Shown: one piece after another, positions 42,621-52,121 of the stretch | How positions within the stretch are numbered: position 1 is the stretch's first letter | Layout: each line of letters starts with the position of its first letter | Sequence record: MZ311864.1 | Strand: one strand, 5' to 3' | Length of the DNA: 64,000 nt | Source of the DNA: Escherichia phage vB_EcoM_LNA4 | Notes under the pieces: model-generated | Seen by the model: the letters and a program-made list of their open reading frames with translations, nothing else | Told to the model about the DNA's origin: nothing | Database searches by the model: none | Translations under genes and position numbers: made by a program

Positions 42621-45014
42621 ATGGCGAACATTATTGTTACCCAGACAGTCAACAAGGTTGTTTGGGATGTTGATAAGACATCCTACGGACGCGCTCTGAA
42701 AGCCGTCAAGTCTTTGAAGACAGAATGGGAAAAAGCTGGTAAGGCGTTCTCTGCCAGCAAGTCCGACCCCGCAGCAGCACTAAAGCGTTCAGCAATGCAA
42801 GCTCGCCTTGTCAACAAAAGACTGCAACAGACTGAACGTGCTGAACAAGCAAAGACCACAGCCCACAATATCGCGATGGCGAAGAAAGAGGCTCGTGCTC
42901 GTGAAGCAATTGATAAGATCCAAAGAGCACGTAGGAAACAAGCTGTAGCCCAGCTTACAGCAAAACGCTCACCAGAGTCTCAGGCTGATTATAATGGACT
43001 AAAAGCTCGTCTGCGTCAAATGGAAAAAACAGGGGGTGGTTACGGTACTAATCCTGCAATTTCCGCTGCACGTCAAGCTGCACTGCAAGAAGAACTGGCT
43101 CGCCGTTCTAAATCAGGAAACGCTTCAGGTATGGTTGGTAGTGGTACTGCCTCTGATCCGGCACTGATTGCTCGTCAAAACCGTGCAATGCAACAGCAGG
43201 TCCAGCGTCAACAGCAGAAAGCATCCAGAGAGCAACTTCGTGCTCGTGAACAAGCTCGTAAGAAACAAGAGGCAGAAGACCTTCGTTACTCTCGTTATCT
43301 TGCAGGTAAAGAATCTACCGTAGCCAACGCTGCTGTACGTCTTCGTGCAAAATATGGTGATAACTACGCAACGAAACTCAAGGGTTTCGACTCCTTGAAA
43401 GAAAGATTCCTTGACAGCAACACAATGAAGTCTTCTAACTTCCGTGCTGAACTTGCTGCTATGGAGACCGGGCTTCGTAAAGCAAATCAGAACACCCTCT
43501 CCCTGACAGATGGGCTGAAGAACCTGCGTAGCACACTAGTCAGTGTCACTGCTGCTTACGGAGCATTCAACGCTGCTGCAAGTGTTGTAAGAACAGGTCA
43601 GTTCTTCCAGGGTATGGAGGCCACTATGTTGATGGTTTCTGATAACTCAGAGGAGGCTGGTAAGCGCATGAAGTTTGTCCGTGACCAGTCCTACCGTTTA
43701 GGTCTTGATCTTAAGGTAGCGGCACAGGGTTACACGCAGATGGCTATCGCTGCTGACGGTGTTCTGAGTAAATCACAGAACGATGAGTTGTTCAAGTCTT
43801 TCTCTGAGTATGCAACAGCCCTACAGGTTGACCCGGTTAAATACCAACGTGGTATTACCGCGATTCAACAGATGATGGGTAAGGGTCAGATCATGGCTGA
43901 AGAACTTAAGCAACAACTTGCGGAAGGTATTCCGGGTTCTTTACAGGTGTTCATTAAGGCTTCTCAAGAAGCATTCAATGACTCCACCATCGACGTAACC
44001 AAGATGCTCGACATGATGCAGAAGGGTGAGTTGAAGGCTGCTAAAGTTCTACCGTTCGTTGCCAAGTATTACTCTCAAGCTGCAAATAAGGGTGGCGCTC
44101 TACAGACCGCTCTGAAAGGTAACCGTGTTGCAATGCAGCGCCTGACGCTGACATGGATGGACTTCCAGAACAAGGTGTTTGCAAGTGGTTTTGGTGACTC
44201 ATTAACTGAAGCTTTCAACGAACTCTCAAAAATTCTTGACTCCAACGGGCCTTTGGCTCAGAATCTGGGTCAATTCTTCAAGGGGTTCACTGATGGGTTC
44301 ATGTTTATGGTCTACACTGTCTACAACACCTTTGTCCTCATCCAGGGGATCATGGAGCGCTACATCCCGATCTTCCGTAAAAACGGTGAAGAACTTTCCT
44401 CTGCATGGAAATGGGTTGGATGGGGTCTTGGTGCTCTGTTCTTTGCTTCTGCACTTTTCCGTGTGTTCAACATTCTATCCAAAATTGCTGGCCTTTCCGG
44501 AGCACTCGGCTTCCTGAAGACCATCTTTGGTGGCCCTGATGATGAGGAAGGCGGTGGCGGCGATGGTAAGAACAAGAATCGTAAAGGCCCTCGTTTCGGT
44601 AAGTTTGGTAAGGCTGCTCGCTGGTTTGGTCTTTACGGACTAATTGCCGGGGAGAGTATGCTTGCTGGTGATTGGGTGTTCGACCAAGCCCAGGACTACA
44701 GCGACAAGACCTACGGAACTGAGACCACCGCAGGTGGTAACCTTAAGAAAAACTCTTGGATGGGTCAGACGTGGGACTTCATCACAGGACAGAGATCAAT
44801 GACTGACCAGCGCAGACTTGATTATCTGAACCAGAATGGTATGGTTCCTGGACCAGCAGGGGCAGCAACACCTCCGATGGTCATTCCGACAGAACCTGTT
44901 AACGGTGAGATTACGATCAAAATCGACGCAGGCGAAATGAAGAACATGATTGACCAGCAGATTGAAGCTGCGAACATGGGTAACATCAACCTAATCCTTG
45001 GTGTTCCTCAATAA
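42621..45014 (+). CDS. tape measure protein
   Basis: 797-aa, Ala/Gln/Arg-rich coiled-coil N-terminal half, hydrophobic segments (WVGWGLGALFFASALF) and a Gly-rich region near the C-terminus; follows the frameshifted chaperone. Confidence 0.7.
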   Translation: MANIIVTQTVNKVVWDVDKTSYGRALKAVKSLKTEWEKAGKAFSASKSDPAAALKRSAMQARLVNKRLQQTERAEQAKTTAHNIAMAKKEARAREAIDKIQRARRKQAVAQLTAKRSPESQADYNGLKARLRQMEKTGGGYGTNPAISAARQAALQEELARRSKSGNASGMVGSGTASDPALIARQNRAMQQQVQRQQQKASREQLRAREQARKKQEAEDLRYSRYLAGKESTVANAAVRLRAKYGDNYATKLKGFDSLKERFLDSNTMKSSNFRAELAAMETGLRKANQNTLSLTDGLKNLRSTLVSVTAAYGAFNAAASVVRTGQFFQGMEATMLMVSDNSEEAGKRMKFVRDQSYRLGLDLKVAAQGYTQMAIAADGVLSKSQNDELFKSFSEYATALQVDPVKYQRGITAIQQMMGKGQIMAEELKQQLAEGIPGSLQVFIKASQEAFNDSTIDVTKMLDMMQKGELKAAKVLPFVAKYYSQAANKGGALQTALKGNRVAMQRLTLTWMDFQNKVFASGFGDSLTEAFNELSKILDSNGPLAQNLGQFFKGFTDGFMFMVYTVYNTFVLIQGIMERYIPIFRKNGEELSSAWKWVGWGLGALFFASALFRVFNILSKIAGLSGALGFLKTIFGGPDDEEGGGGDGKNKNRKGPRFGKFGKAARWFGLYGLIAGESMLAGDWVFDQAQDYSDKTYGTETTAGGNLKKNSWMGQTWDFITGQRSMTDQRRLDYLNQNGMVPGPAGAATPPMVIPTEPVNGEITIKIDAGEMKNMIDQQIEAANMGNINLILGVPQ

Positions 45015-45019
45015 TTTAA

Positions 45020-45041
45020 AGGGGCTTCGGCCCCTTTTTTA
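45020..45041 (+). terminator. rho-independent terminator AGGGGC-TTCG-GCCCCT + T6
   Basis: Immediately after the tape measure stop. Confidence 0.65.
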
Positions 45042-45095
45042 TTGTTTTATCTCAAGATTTATGATAAAATCGTAACATGTATAATGGGAGGACTT

Positions 45096-45968
45096 ATGGC
45101 ATTTGTATCCAACAACCAGTCCAAACCGCAACAGGGCAAGGCCACGGCTAACGTCGAGAAAAAGGTCAGTACAGCCCAGGAAGCCAGCGGTGAGGTGCAA
45201 TATACGCTCTTCGCCAGTGGTCTTAACTACGGCGGTAGAAACGTAGAGCTAAAGGACAAAAACTACACCAACGACCTCGCGATCATTTTCGACGTTGTTG
45301 AACAACACTCTTACACACGCACAGTTGATAAGACATCGTATGCTGTTGAAGAAAAGGTAAAATTCAGTGACCACGGTGTTATTGAGGATGGTAAATTCTC
45401 TTTCAGTGCCAGAGTTAACTCATCTCCTGTTTACCTGATCGAAAACAACTACCTTGACAAAGATACTGACGATCAAAACCCGGTTGCATCTCGTCGTCCA
45501 GAGAAGGCTCTGGAGATCCTTGAGAGACTGATTACTGACCGTCAGATTGTTACCCTTGTCACTGAAGACAAAATCATTGAGAACTATATCCTTACCTCGA
45601 TGGAGGCCGCTCGCAGCAACTCTGATGGTGCTGCTCTGGTATTCCAGCTTGAATTTACAGAGTTCCGTACATTCACCCTCGGTAAGACAGCCCTCGCAAC
45701 GGTGTACTCAGACCCTAAAAAGTCTGGTGGTAAGACCAAGCAGAAGGGTTCTCAACAATCTTCAGCAACAGACAACGAGGTTGAAGTAACAGCCCGACGC
45801 ACTAACTTTGCAGGCCCAAACAAAGATGGCTGGCAGAAGATTGCAGAGGGAATGGACTCAGGCAACTTCACCAAACAAGACCAGGTTATCGGCACACTTA
45901 CCCCGGATGGTAAAATCCGTGGTGCTGACGGGTCTATCATGGACTACAACAAAGCAGTGGGGAACTAA
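45096..45968 (+). CDS. tail protein
   Basis: Track ORF trimmed to ATG 45096 (GGGAGG Shine-Dalgarno); TATAAT at 45080-45085 upstream. Confidence 0.4.
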   Translation: MAFVSNNQSKPQQGKATANVEKKVSTAQEASGEVQYTLFASGLNYGGRNVELKDKNYTNDLAIIFDVVEQHSYTRTVDKTSYAVEEKVKFSDHGVIEDGKFSFSARVNSSPVYLIENNYLDKDTDDQNPVASRRPEKALEILERLITDRQIVTLVTEDKIIENYILTSMEAARSNSDGAALVFQLEFTEFRTFTLGKTALATVYSDPKKSGGKTKQKGSQQSSATDNEVEVTARRTNFAGPNKDGWQKIAEGMDSGNFTKQDQVIGTLTPDGKIRGADGSIMDYNKAVGN

Positions 45969-46318
45969 TGTCAGCTATTACTTTCTCATGGGACATTGAC
46001 GGGTTCGCTGACCAGACCATGCGTGTGGTTCTGGACAGTCAGACCTATGAAATGCGCTTCCAATGGAACGAGCGAGATGAGTCTTGGCTCGTTTCCTTTG
46101 GTGATGTTGGTCAAACGCCAACAATCTCTTTTAAACTCACAACAATTTTCGACATCTTTGCCCCTTTTAAATATCTGGAGAACATCCCCTCCGGGCAACT
46201 GCGTGTCTTTTCTTTTACACAGTCAACCAAACGCGTTGGTAGATACAATATCGGATTCCTGTCTGACTTGCAACTCCTTTATTCATCTCCTGACGAAGAG
46301 TTAACTGGCGAGGAGTAA
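45968..46318 (+). CDS. hypothetical tail protein
   Basis: 116-aa ORF, ATGA overlap with the upstream gene. Confidence 0.4.
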   Translation: MSAITFSWDIDGFADQTMRVVLDSQTYEMRFQWNERDESWLVSFGDVGQTPTISFKLTTIFDIFAPFKYLENIPSGQLRVFSFTQSTKRVGRYNIGFLSDLQLLYSSPDEELTGEE

Positions 46319-46320
46319 TC

Positions 46321-47310
46321 ATGCCTTCTTACAGAACACGAACATTCAAACTCACAATCGGCAAGCCCGTGTACATCGGGCAAAAGCCGACTAACATCTC
46401 TGACTACACCAACCAAAACACGAAAGATGCGTATGTCGTTAGTAATGAAACTGGCGCTGCAAACATCGAGTTTGAGGTGAAGAAAGATAACTCAAAAGAC
46501 CCTAACAAGGGGTATGTTACCCTTTACAACCTGTCTGATGAAACAGTAAGTTATCTCGATGCTAACCAGCGTGAGTCAATTGCCATTGTTCTGGAGGCAG
46601 GTTTTGATGGGGAAAACCAGACAATCTTTTCCGGGACAGTTGAATTTGTTCAGGATAAGTGGGATGGTCATACTCGCCAGACGAAGATGATCCTTGGTGA
46701 TGCAACGACCAACATTATGACGGCTAAGACTGCGAGATCTTACAAGAAGGGTACACCTATGGACACGGTGCTTAATGACCTTATTTCCGACTTGAAACTC
46801 CCTATTGGTAAGGTGGTTAAGTTCGGTAATCAAACTCTCCAGCAGTCAATGGCTTTTACCGGGAACGCTGCAAACAACCTTGAACGCTTGGCAAAGAACA
46901 CAGGTTCTACTTTCAGCGTTCAGGACGGTGCTGTGTATTGGACCACACAGGGGAAGCGTTTCCGTAATGCTGTTTTTGAAATCAGCGCGGAATCTGGGAT
47001 GCACGACTCACCAACCCCACAAAACCCGGAACCAGCAAAGCGCCGTCTTGAGAAAAAGAAGAAGTCTAAGAGCAAGCCAAAGACTAATAAGGGTCCTAGC
47101 CGTGCTGAGATCAAGGAAGACGCAGGTCTTGTTGTGGTAACAGAACTGAACGGTGCGATCATTCCTGAAAGCACGATCTATTTAAAAAGCCAGAAGTACA
47201 CAGGCTTCTACAAGGTAGTTTATCTTACCCATAAAGGCCAACTTGAAGGTGGTGATTGGGTGTCTGAAATCGGCCTTGCTGAAACCCGTGGCGGCATTGT
47301 GGAGGAATAA
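46321..47310 (+). CDS. tail/baseplate protein
   Basis: 329-aa ORF with a basic KRRLEKKKKSKSKPK segment. Confidence 0.4.
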   Translation: MPSYRTRTFKLTIGKPVYIGQKPTNISDYTNQNTKDAYVVSNETGAANIEFEVKKDNSKDPNKGYVTLYNLSDETVSYLDANQRESIAIVLEAGFDGENQTIFSGTVEFVQDKWDGHTRQTKMILGDATTNIMTAKTARSYKKGTPMDTVLNDLISDLKLPIGKVVKFGNQTLQQSMAFTGNAANNLERLAKNTGSTFSVQDGAVYWTTQGKRFRNAVFEISAESGMHDSPTPQNPEPAKRRLEKKKKSKSKPKTNKGPSRAEIKEDAGLVVVTELNGAIIPESTIYLKSQKYTGFYKVVYLTHKGQLEGGDWVSEIGLAETRGGIVEE

Positions 47311-48011
47311 TGGCATCAATTCAACGTATGGATGCTGCACTAAACCAATGGTTTGCTCGTCAGGCTCGTGATATCCACACAGGCCTGAGAGCCAGGGTTG
47401 TGGATGTGGATTATAATGTACCATCAGCAACCGTACAACCACTGGCTTCAACTAACTTCGATGATGGCACCGTAGACGCTTATCCTGCTGTTTTTGACGT
47501 CCCCCTGTCCATGCCTTCGGCTAACGGGGGAAAGGCTCGCCTGACGCTTCCTGTGAAGCCTGGTGATGTTGTAGGACTATCATTCTCTGAACGTAATGAG
47601 GGTGATGCAAATGACACGACAACCCACGGACTTTTTCCTGGTTGGTCAATCATTGGTGTACACAGTGATGGAAACGCGATGACCATTCACCCGGACAACG
47701 TGGAGTTATGGAACGACACTGTTCATTTCTCAATGACTCCGGAGGGGGACTTTACTTTAACAGGTCCACAAGGGACTTTCAAGGTAGATAAATCTGGTCA
47801 AATGCAATTCACAAACGGTGCTGCAACCTTGACAGCAAAGAGTGATGGGAATATCGAAATGAATGGTGCAAAGATCACCCCTGACGGGAACTTAATCACC
47901 GCCCGTGGTGTTAACATGAACGATTTCTATGATTACTTCATGCGACACACCCACCACTACACCTGGACGGACGGCTCTGGTCAGAGCGATACTGCCCGAC
48001 CTAACGCATAA
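47310..48011 (+). CDS. baseplate central spike protein (gpV-like)
   Basis: 233 aa; C-terminal His cluster HTHHY compatible with metal-binding spike tips; position upstream of baseplate genes. Confidence 0.4.
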   Translation: MASIQRMDAALNQWFARQARDIHTGLRARVVDVDYNVPSATVQPLASTNFDDGTVDAYPAVFDVPLSMPSANGGKARLTLPVKPGDVVGLSFSERNEGDANDTTTHGLFPGWSIIGVHSDGNAMTIHPDNVELWNDTVHFSMTPEGDFTLTGPQGTFKVDKSGQMQFTNGAATLTAKSDGNIEMNGAKITPDGNLITARGVNMNDFYDYFMRHTHHYTWTDGSGQSDTARPNA

Positions 48012-48020
48012 GGGGAATAA

Positions 48021-48638
48021 ATGGCAACTCTTTATTCTGACCTTCTAATGGACCCGGTTACTGGAGACCTTGATGTCTCCACGGGTCTTCAGATCATTGA
48101 GTCCAACCAGACAAGCCTCCGTCAAAGACTATGGCTTCGCTTCAACATCTGGGCTGGAAACTGGTATTTCGATGAGACTTTTGGTTTCCCATACCGAACA
48201 TATCTGAGCAAGAAGGTAATGAAAACTGTCCTTGACAACAAGATCAAGGAAGTGACCCGTCTTGAGCCTGACGTGCTTGAGATCACCTCATTCCACTCTT
48301 CAATGGATCGTACAACACGTAGTTACCAGGCCTTCTTCGAAGTAACAACTAAAGAGCAAGAGGTTGTAAGACTTGCTTTCGTAGGGCAGGATGAGTATTA
48401 TTACCCAATCCCTGATGAAGGTGCAACGGTTCTTTGTGACGACGATGGTTGGATTACGTGGGCTAACAAGCTTTACTACCTGATCAACTTCCGTCTGCCT
48501 CGCACTGGCGATGCTACATGGTGGAACACTTGGGCTGGTACGGATATTGATAACCCAATTCCGGTCGGTAGCCTGATGGATGACAAGAACAACGTCATCA
48601 CCACTGAAGATGGCAAGTCCATTAACCGTAACCACTAA
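48021..48638 (+). CDS. baseplate protein
   Basis: 205-aa ORF in the baseplate module. Confidence 0.35.
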   Translation: MATLYSDLLMDPVTGDLDVSTGLQIIESNQTSLRQRLWLRFNIWAGNWYFDETFGFPYRTYLSKKVMKTVLDNKIKEVTRLEPDVLEITSFHSSMDRTTRSYQAFFEVTTKEQEVVRLAFVGQDEYYYPIPDEGATVLCDDDGWITWANKLYYLINFRLPRTGDATWWNTWAGTDIDNPIPVGSLMDDKNNVITTEDGKSINRNH

Positions 48639-48648
48639 GGGGTAAATA

Positions 48649-49323
48649 ATGGCAGATGTTGCATTTCCAACAGTGAAGGTCTCTGACCTTCCTACTGCCG
48701 TCACCGTTTCCGGTGGCGATTTTGTTGTTACCGATCAGTCAGACACAACCAGAAAAGCTTCGCTGGACACAATTGTTTCCAAAATGAGCTTGACAAGAGT
48801 TGTGTTTTTTGCTGAGGGGGGTTATCTTGAGTCCAAAAAAGACCTCGCCTTCTTCGCAACTGATGGAAAATATTACACATGGAATGGGACTTACCCGAAG
48901 ACAATTCCAATGTCTTCATCCCCTGCGACAACCGGGGGAATTAGTTCTAATGCTTGGCAAGAGTTTGGTGCAAGTGGTGGAGGTAGCTCTACAGGTAAGG
49001 TTGTTAATTTAGGGAGCGTCCAGGGGACTGCAACCTGTAACCTTTCTCTTGGAGATACTTTCGTTGCTAATCTTACCTCCGGGCAGTGTGTGGTTGGTAT
49101 CACCAACCCATCTACCGCCCAAGGTATTTCCCAGACTTTCCAGTTATCTTTGACCCAAGGGACAGGTGCAAATCTCGTTTCATGGCCTAGTAACATTAAG
49201 TGGAACTATGGGCGAGAGCCAGTTCTTTCATACAAAACCGGAGTACGAGACATCTTCCAGTTCGTCACCTATGACGGGGGGAATACGTGGTTCGGCTCCC
49301 TCATTATGGCAGGAGTTGAGTAA
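48649..49323 (+). CDS. tail protein with conserved N-terminal anchor domain (short paralogue)
   Basis: N-terminal ~110 aa closely parallel those of the ORF at 52122 (PTVKVSDLPTA, GDFVVTDQSD.TRK, YTWNGTYPK). Confidence 0.4.
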   Translation: MADVAFPTVKVSDLPTAVTVSGGDFVVTDQSDTTRKASLDTIVSKMSLTRVVFFAEGGYLESKKDLAFFATDGKYYTWNGTYPKTIPMSSSPATTGGISSNAWQEFGASGGGSSTGKVVNLGSVQGTATCNLSLGDTFVANLTSGQCVVGITNPSTAQGISQTFQLSLTQGTGANLVSWPSNIKWNYGREPVLSYKTGVRDIFQFVTYDGGNTWFGSLIMAGVE

Positions 49324-52112
49324 TGGCAAAGTTAAGCCACAACATTGATAATGTGTTTCAGTTGATCGACGGACACATTCAGTTTCTTCAGAGAAACACC
49401 GGAGAGACAATCGATCCTACGGTTCAGCACTATATCCTGAACTTACAAAATGTTCTGGCTAACAACCGCCACTTCATCAACTGGACGGCGCAGGAAGCCC
49501 AACCAAATGGTGACGCAACAACCGAGGGTCAGTCAGTGCTGATCCTCGGCTGTGCTTATGCGTATCTCGCGTCTAATGACCCGAAATACCTTGAACTCGC
49601 AGAGGCCTATTGGCAGGCATATATCGACTGGTTCTTTGCGGGTCAGCCAATTCCTGATCCCCCTGCGGTATATCGCCCTAACTGGATCATTAATGGAAAA
49701 GAACCCCGCCTTGCTCACTACCCTCTTACCGATGATGGGTATCCAACCCACGGTGGTTTTAAGGGAAGTGTAATGTCATGGACAAACGGAAGAACCCTGA
49801 TCCCGCATGGCGCTCCTAATTGGGGTGAGTACCTTGACAAAGCTTGGTTTGCTTTTGACGGCAACCTTGGGTGGAACTCTGTCAACGCCACGGTGTATAA
49901 AGAAAACCCAGATGGAAGCACCAACTGGAATGAGTACGGTTCACAGTGGGATGTAGACTGGATCATTGATCGTCTGGGACGCAAGGTTGACTGGGATGGT
50001 AACATTCTCGAAGAGGGTCTTCCTGAATCCCAGTGGGGAACTGTTCAACTGAAGGATACCACAATCACGGGCAATTACAAGTTCAACTATGCGACATGTA
50101 ACCCTGTTGAGCATGGTGGATATCTGATGGGTAGAAATACCATGTGGCACAACCGCCCGGTTAACGTACCTATTGAAATGGGCTTCCAGGATAATGCCTC
50201 TGACGCAGAAACTTGGTGGTGCGATGCAAACTACGTGATGTATCAGATCACCGGGGAAAGAAAATACTGGCTTTGCTGGCAGTCTTCACTAATCGTCTGT
50301 GATAACTATTCAGATATCGACCGTTTTGACAAGTTCTTCCGTAAGTCAACATTCGCGACAATCCCATTCACCGACGGGATCAGTTATGACTACTCATATC
50401 CGTCAACGGCAATTCCTCAGTATTCTCGTGATTCTGATGGGTATATCGGTATTCGCCAAACTGTAGCAGCGCAAACTACCCTTGAGCAACAGGCAATCTG
50501 GTTCCGTGTTGACGGCACTTCAAAGCTCCGTGTTCAGTTCTCAGGGAAAGATGATGCTGGCAATGGGCTGCTATTCAGGCCAGAGCTTGATCTTAATAAA
50601 ACAAAATCTGAAACCGGAAGAGTAACCTATCGTTGTGGTCTTCCACGCGGTACAGACTCTATCGTTTCTATGGATATCCCCCTCTCAAACTTCGTGAGAC
50701 TAACCCCTCCGGGGGGCGGCAGTTACATTGTAGCAGACCCGCGTATTGTTGTTGATTGGGGATCTAACACGGTTATTGACTTCCAGTACCAGACAGGTAT
50801 CCTTGGAAGAATCAATGACCAAGCTTGTACGCTTGTGACCGATGCAGATGGTGGATGCACTATTGGTTTCTGGTTAACAGATACCGAGACCGCCGATCTT
50901 TCAGCGTTCACATACCGTTCTTATGCAGACAATTTTAACATTACCATCACCGACGACAACCTGTGGAGATGGTGGGCTATGGTTCCTGCGACCAACGGGG
51001 ATTGGACAACGCTCCAGTTGTCTCCGTCAAACTTTGTACTCAGCAGTTACCAACCCGACCACCCGGAAACAGATCCTAAACCAAACCAGATCAGTCTTCA
51101 CAATCTGAAGCAGATCAACTTGGCACCGGACACAGATCCGGTTGATGGTGTTAGCGCGAAGATCGACTGGTACTGTATCAACGCAGTTCCTGAGTTATAC
51201 ACCTCCACAGGTGGTGATGACTACACGATGTATTTCCGTATCACCGTGTCCGGGGACAACGCGTACAATGCTAAACTGGGCGACTGCACGATCATCGACT
51301 ACAAGACTAACAGCCTGTATTACACCCCAGGGTTGATTCCATTCTCTAACATTAGTGACCCTAACACGGCACTTTATGATGGGTGGCGAGGTCTTCCATA
51401 CCCAGGATATCAGTACCCAACCCTGTACTGCTTCAAAGGCCAGAATATCGACTGGACAAGGTTGAATAGTACGATTGATTTCCTGTACGACTCACAGATG
51501 TGGTTTTATAACACATTCCACCCTGTTATGCCGGGGCCTATGGCACAGGCATTTGTATGGGATCGATGGGATGCCCGTAAATATGGTCAACCAAACACCT
51601 TCACCATGAAACACTGGAACGAGAAGGCTTGGGACGGCTATGAGGCTCGTGCTTTCTTCTGTGTGTGTCGTTGCATCTATGAACTCTCTCAGCGTGGTGA
51701 GTCCATTCCTAGCAAGCTATTTACTGTTGCGAAGAACTGGGTTGATTATCTGAAGTGGTTCCAAGACAACAACGAGGGCCGTACCCCAACAATCTTTAAC
51801 CCTGACGGTACTGTTCTGGCACCAGAGGATGACTTTACAAGCCACATGTCAGCGTTGTTCATGGGTGGTTGCTCCATCCTCGGAATGGCGGGGATGCGTA
51901 ACCGTATTCCTAATATTGACATTGTGGCGGAGCGTTGTTTCAGTCTGATCCAAGAGAACTACATCATTCTTACTGCCAATCACCCTATGAATGGTAGCTG
52001 GTCTGTTGCCCCTCGTGCAGATACTGACAATGGGATGTTCTTTGGCTTCCATGCTGGGGAACTGTTACGAGGATTTGGACTGTATGCTATGTACAGAAAC
52101 CTTACAAGATAA
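49323..52112 (+). CDS. large tail protein (929 aa), function unknown
   Basis: Trp/aromatic-rich ORF between two anchor-domain genes. Confidence 0.4.
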   Translation: MAKLSHNIDNVFQLIDGHIQFLQRNTGETIDPTVQHYILNLQNVLANNRHFINWTAQEAQPNGDATTEGQSVLILGCAYAYLASNDPKYLELAEAYWQAYIDWFFAGQPIPDPPAVYRPNWIINGKEPRLAHYPLTDDGYPTHGGFKGSVMSWTNGRTLIPHGAPNWGEYLDKAWFAFDGNLGWNSVNATVYKENPDGSTNWNEYGSQWDVDWIIDRLGRKVDWDGNILEEGLPESQWGTVQLKDTTITGNYKFNYATCNPVEHGGYLMGRNTMWHNRPVNVPIEMGFQDNASDAETWWCDANYVMYQITGERKYWLCWQSSLIVCDNYSDIDRFDKFFRKSTFATIPFTDGISYDYSYPSTAIPQYSRDSDGYIGIRQTVAAQTTLEQQAIWFRVDGTSKLRVQFSGKDDAGNGLLFRPELDLNKTKSETGRVTYRCGLPRGTDSIVSMDIPLSNFVRLTPPGGGSYIVADPRIVVDWGSNTVIDFQYQTGILGRINDQACTLVTDADGGCTIGFWLTDTETADLSAFTYRSYADNFNITITDDNLWRWWAMVPATNGDWTTLQLSPSNFVLSSYQPDHPETDPKPNQISLHNLKQINLAPDTDPVDGVSAKIDWYCINAVPELYTSTGGDDYTMYFRITVSGDNAYNAKLGDCTIIDYKTNSLYYTPGLIPFSNISDPNTALYDGWRGLPYPGYQYPTLYCFKGQNIDWTRLNSTIDFLYDSQMWFYNTFHPVMPGPMAQAFVWDRWDARKYGQPNTFTMKHWNEKAWDGYEARAFFCVCRCIYELSQRGESIPSKLFTVAKNWVDYLKWFQDNNEGRTPTIFNPDGTVLAPEDDFTSHMSALFMGGCSILGMAGMRNRIPNIDIVAERCFSLIQENYIILTANHPMNGSWSVAPRADTDNGMFFGFHAGELLRGFGLYAMYRNLTR

Positions 52113-52121
52113 GAGGAATTA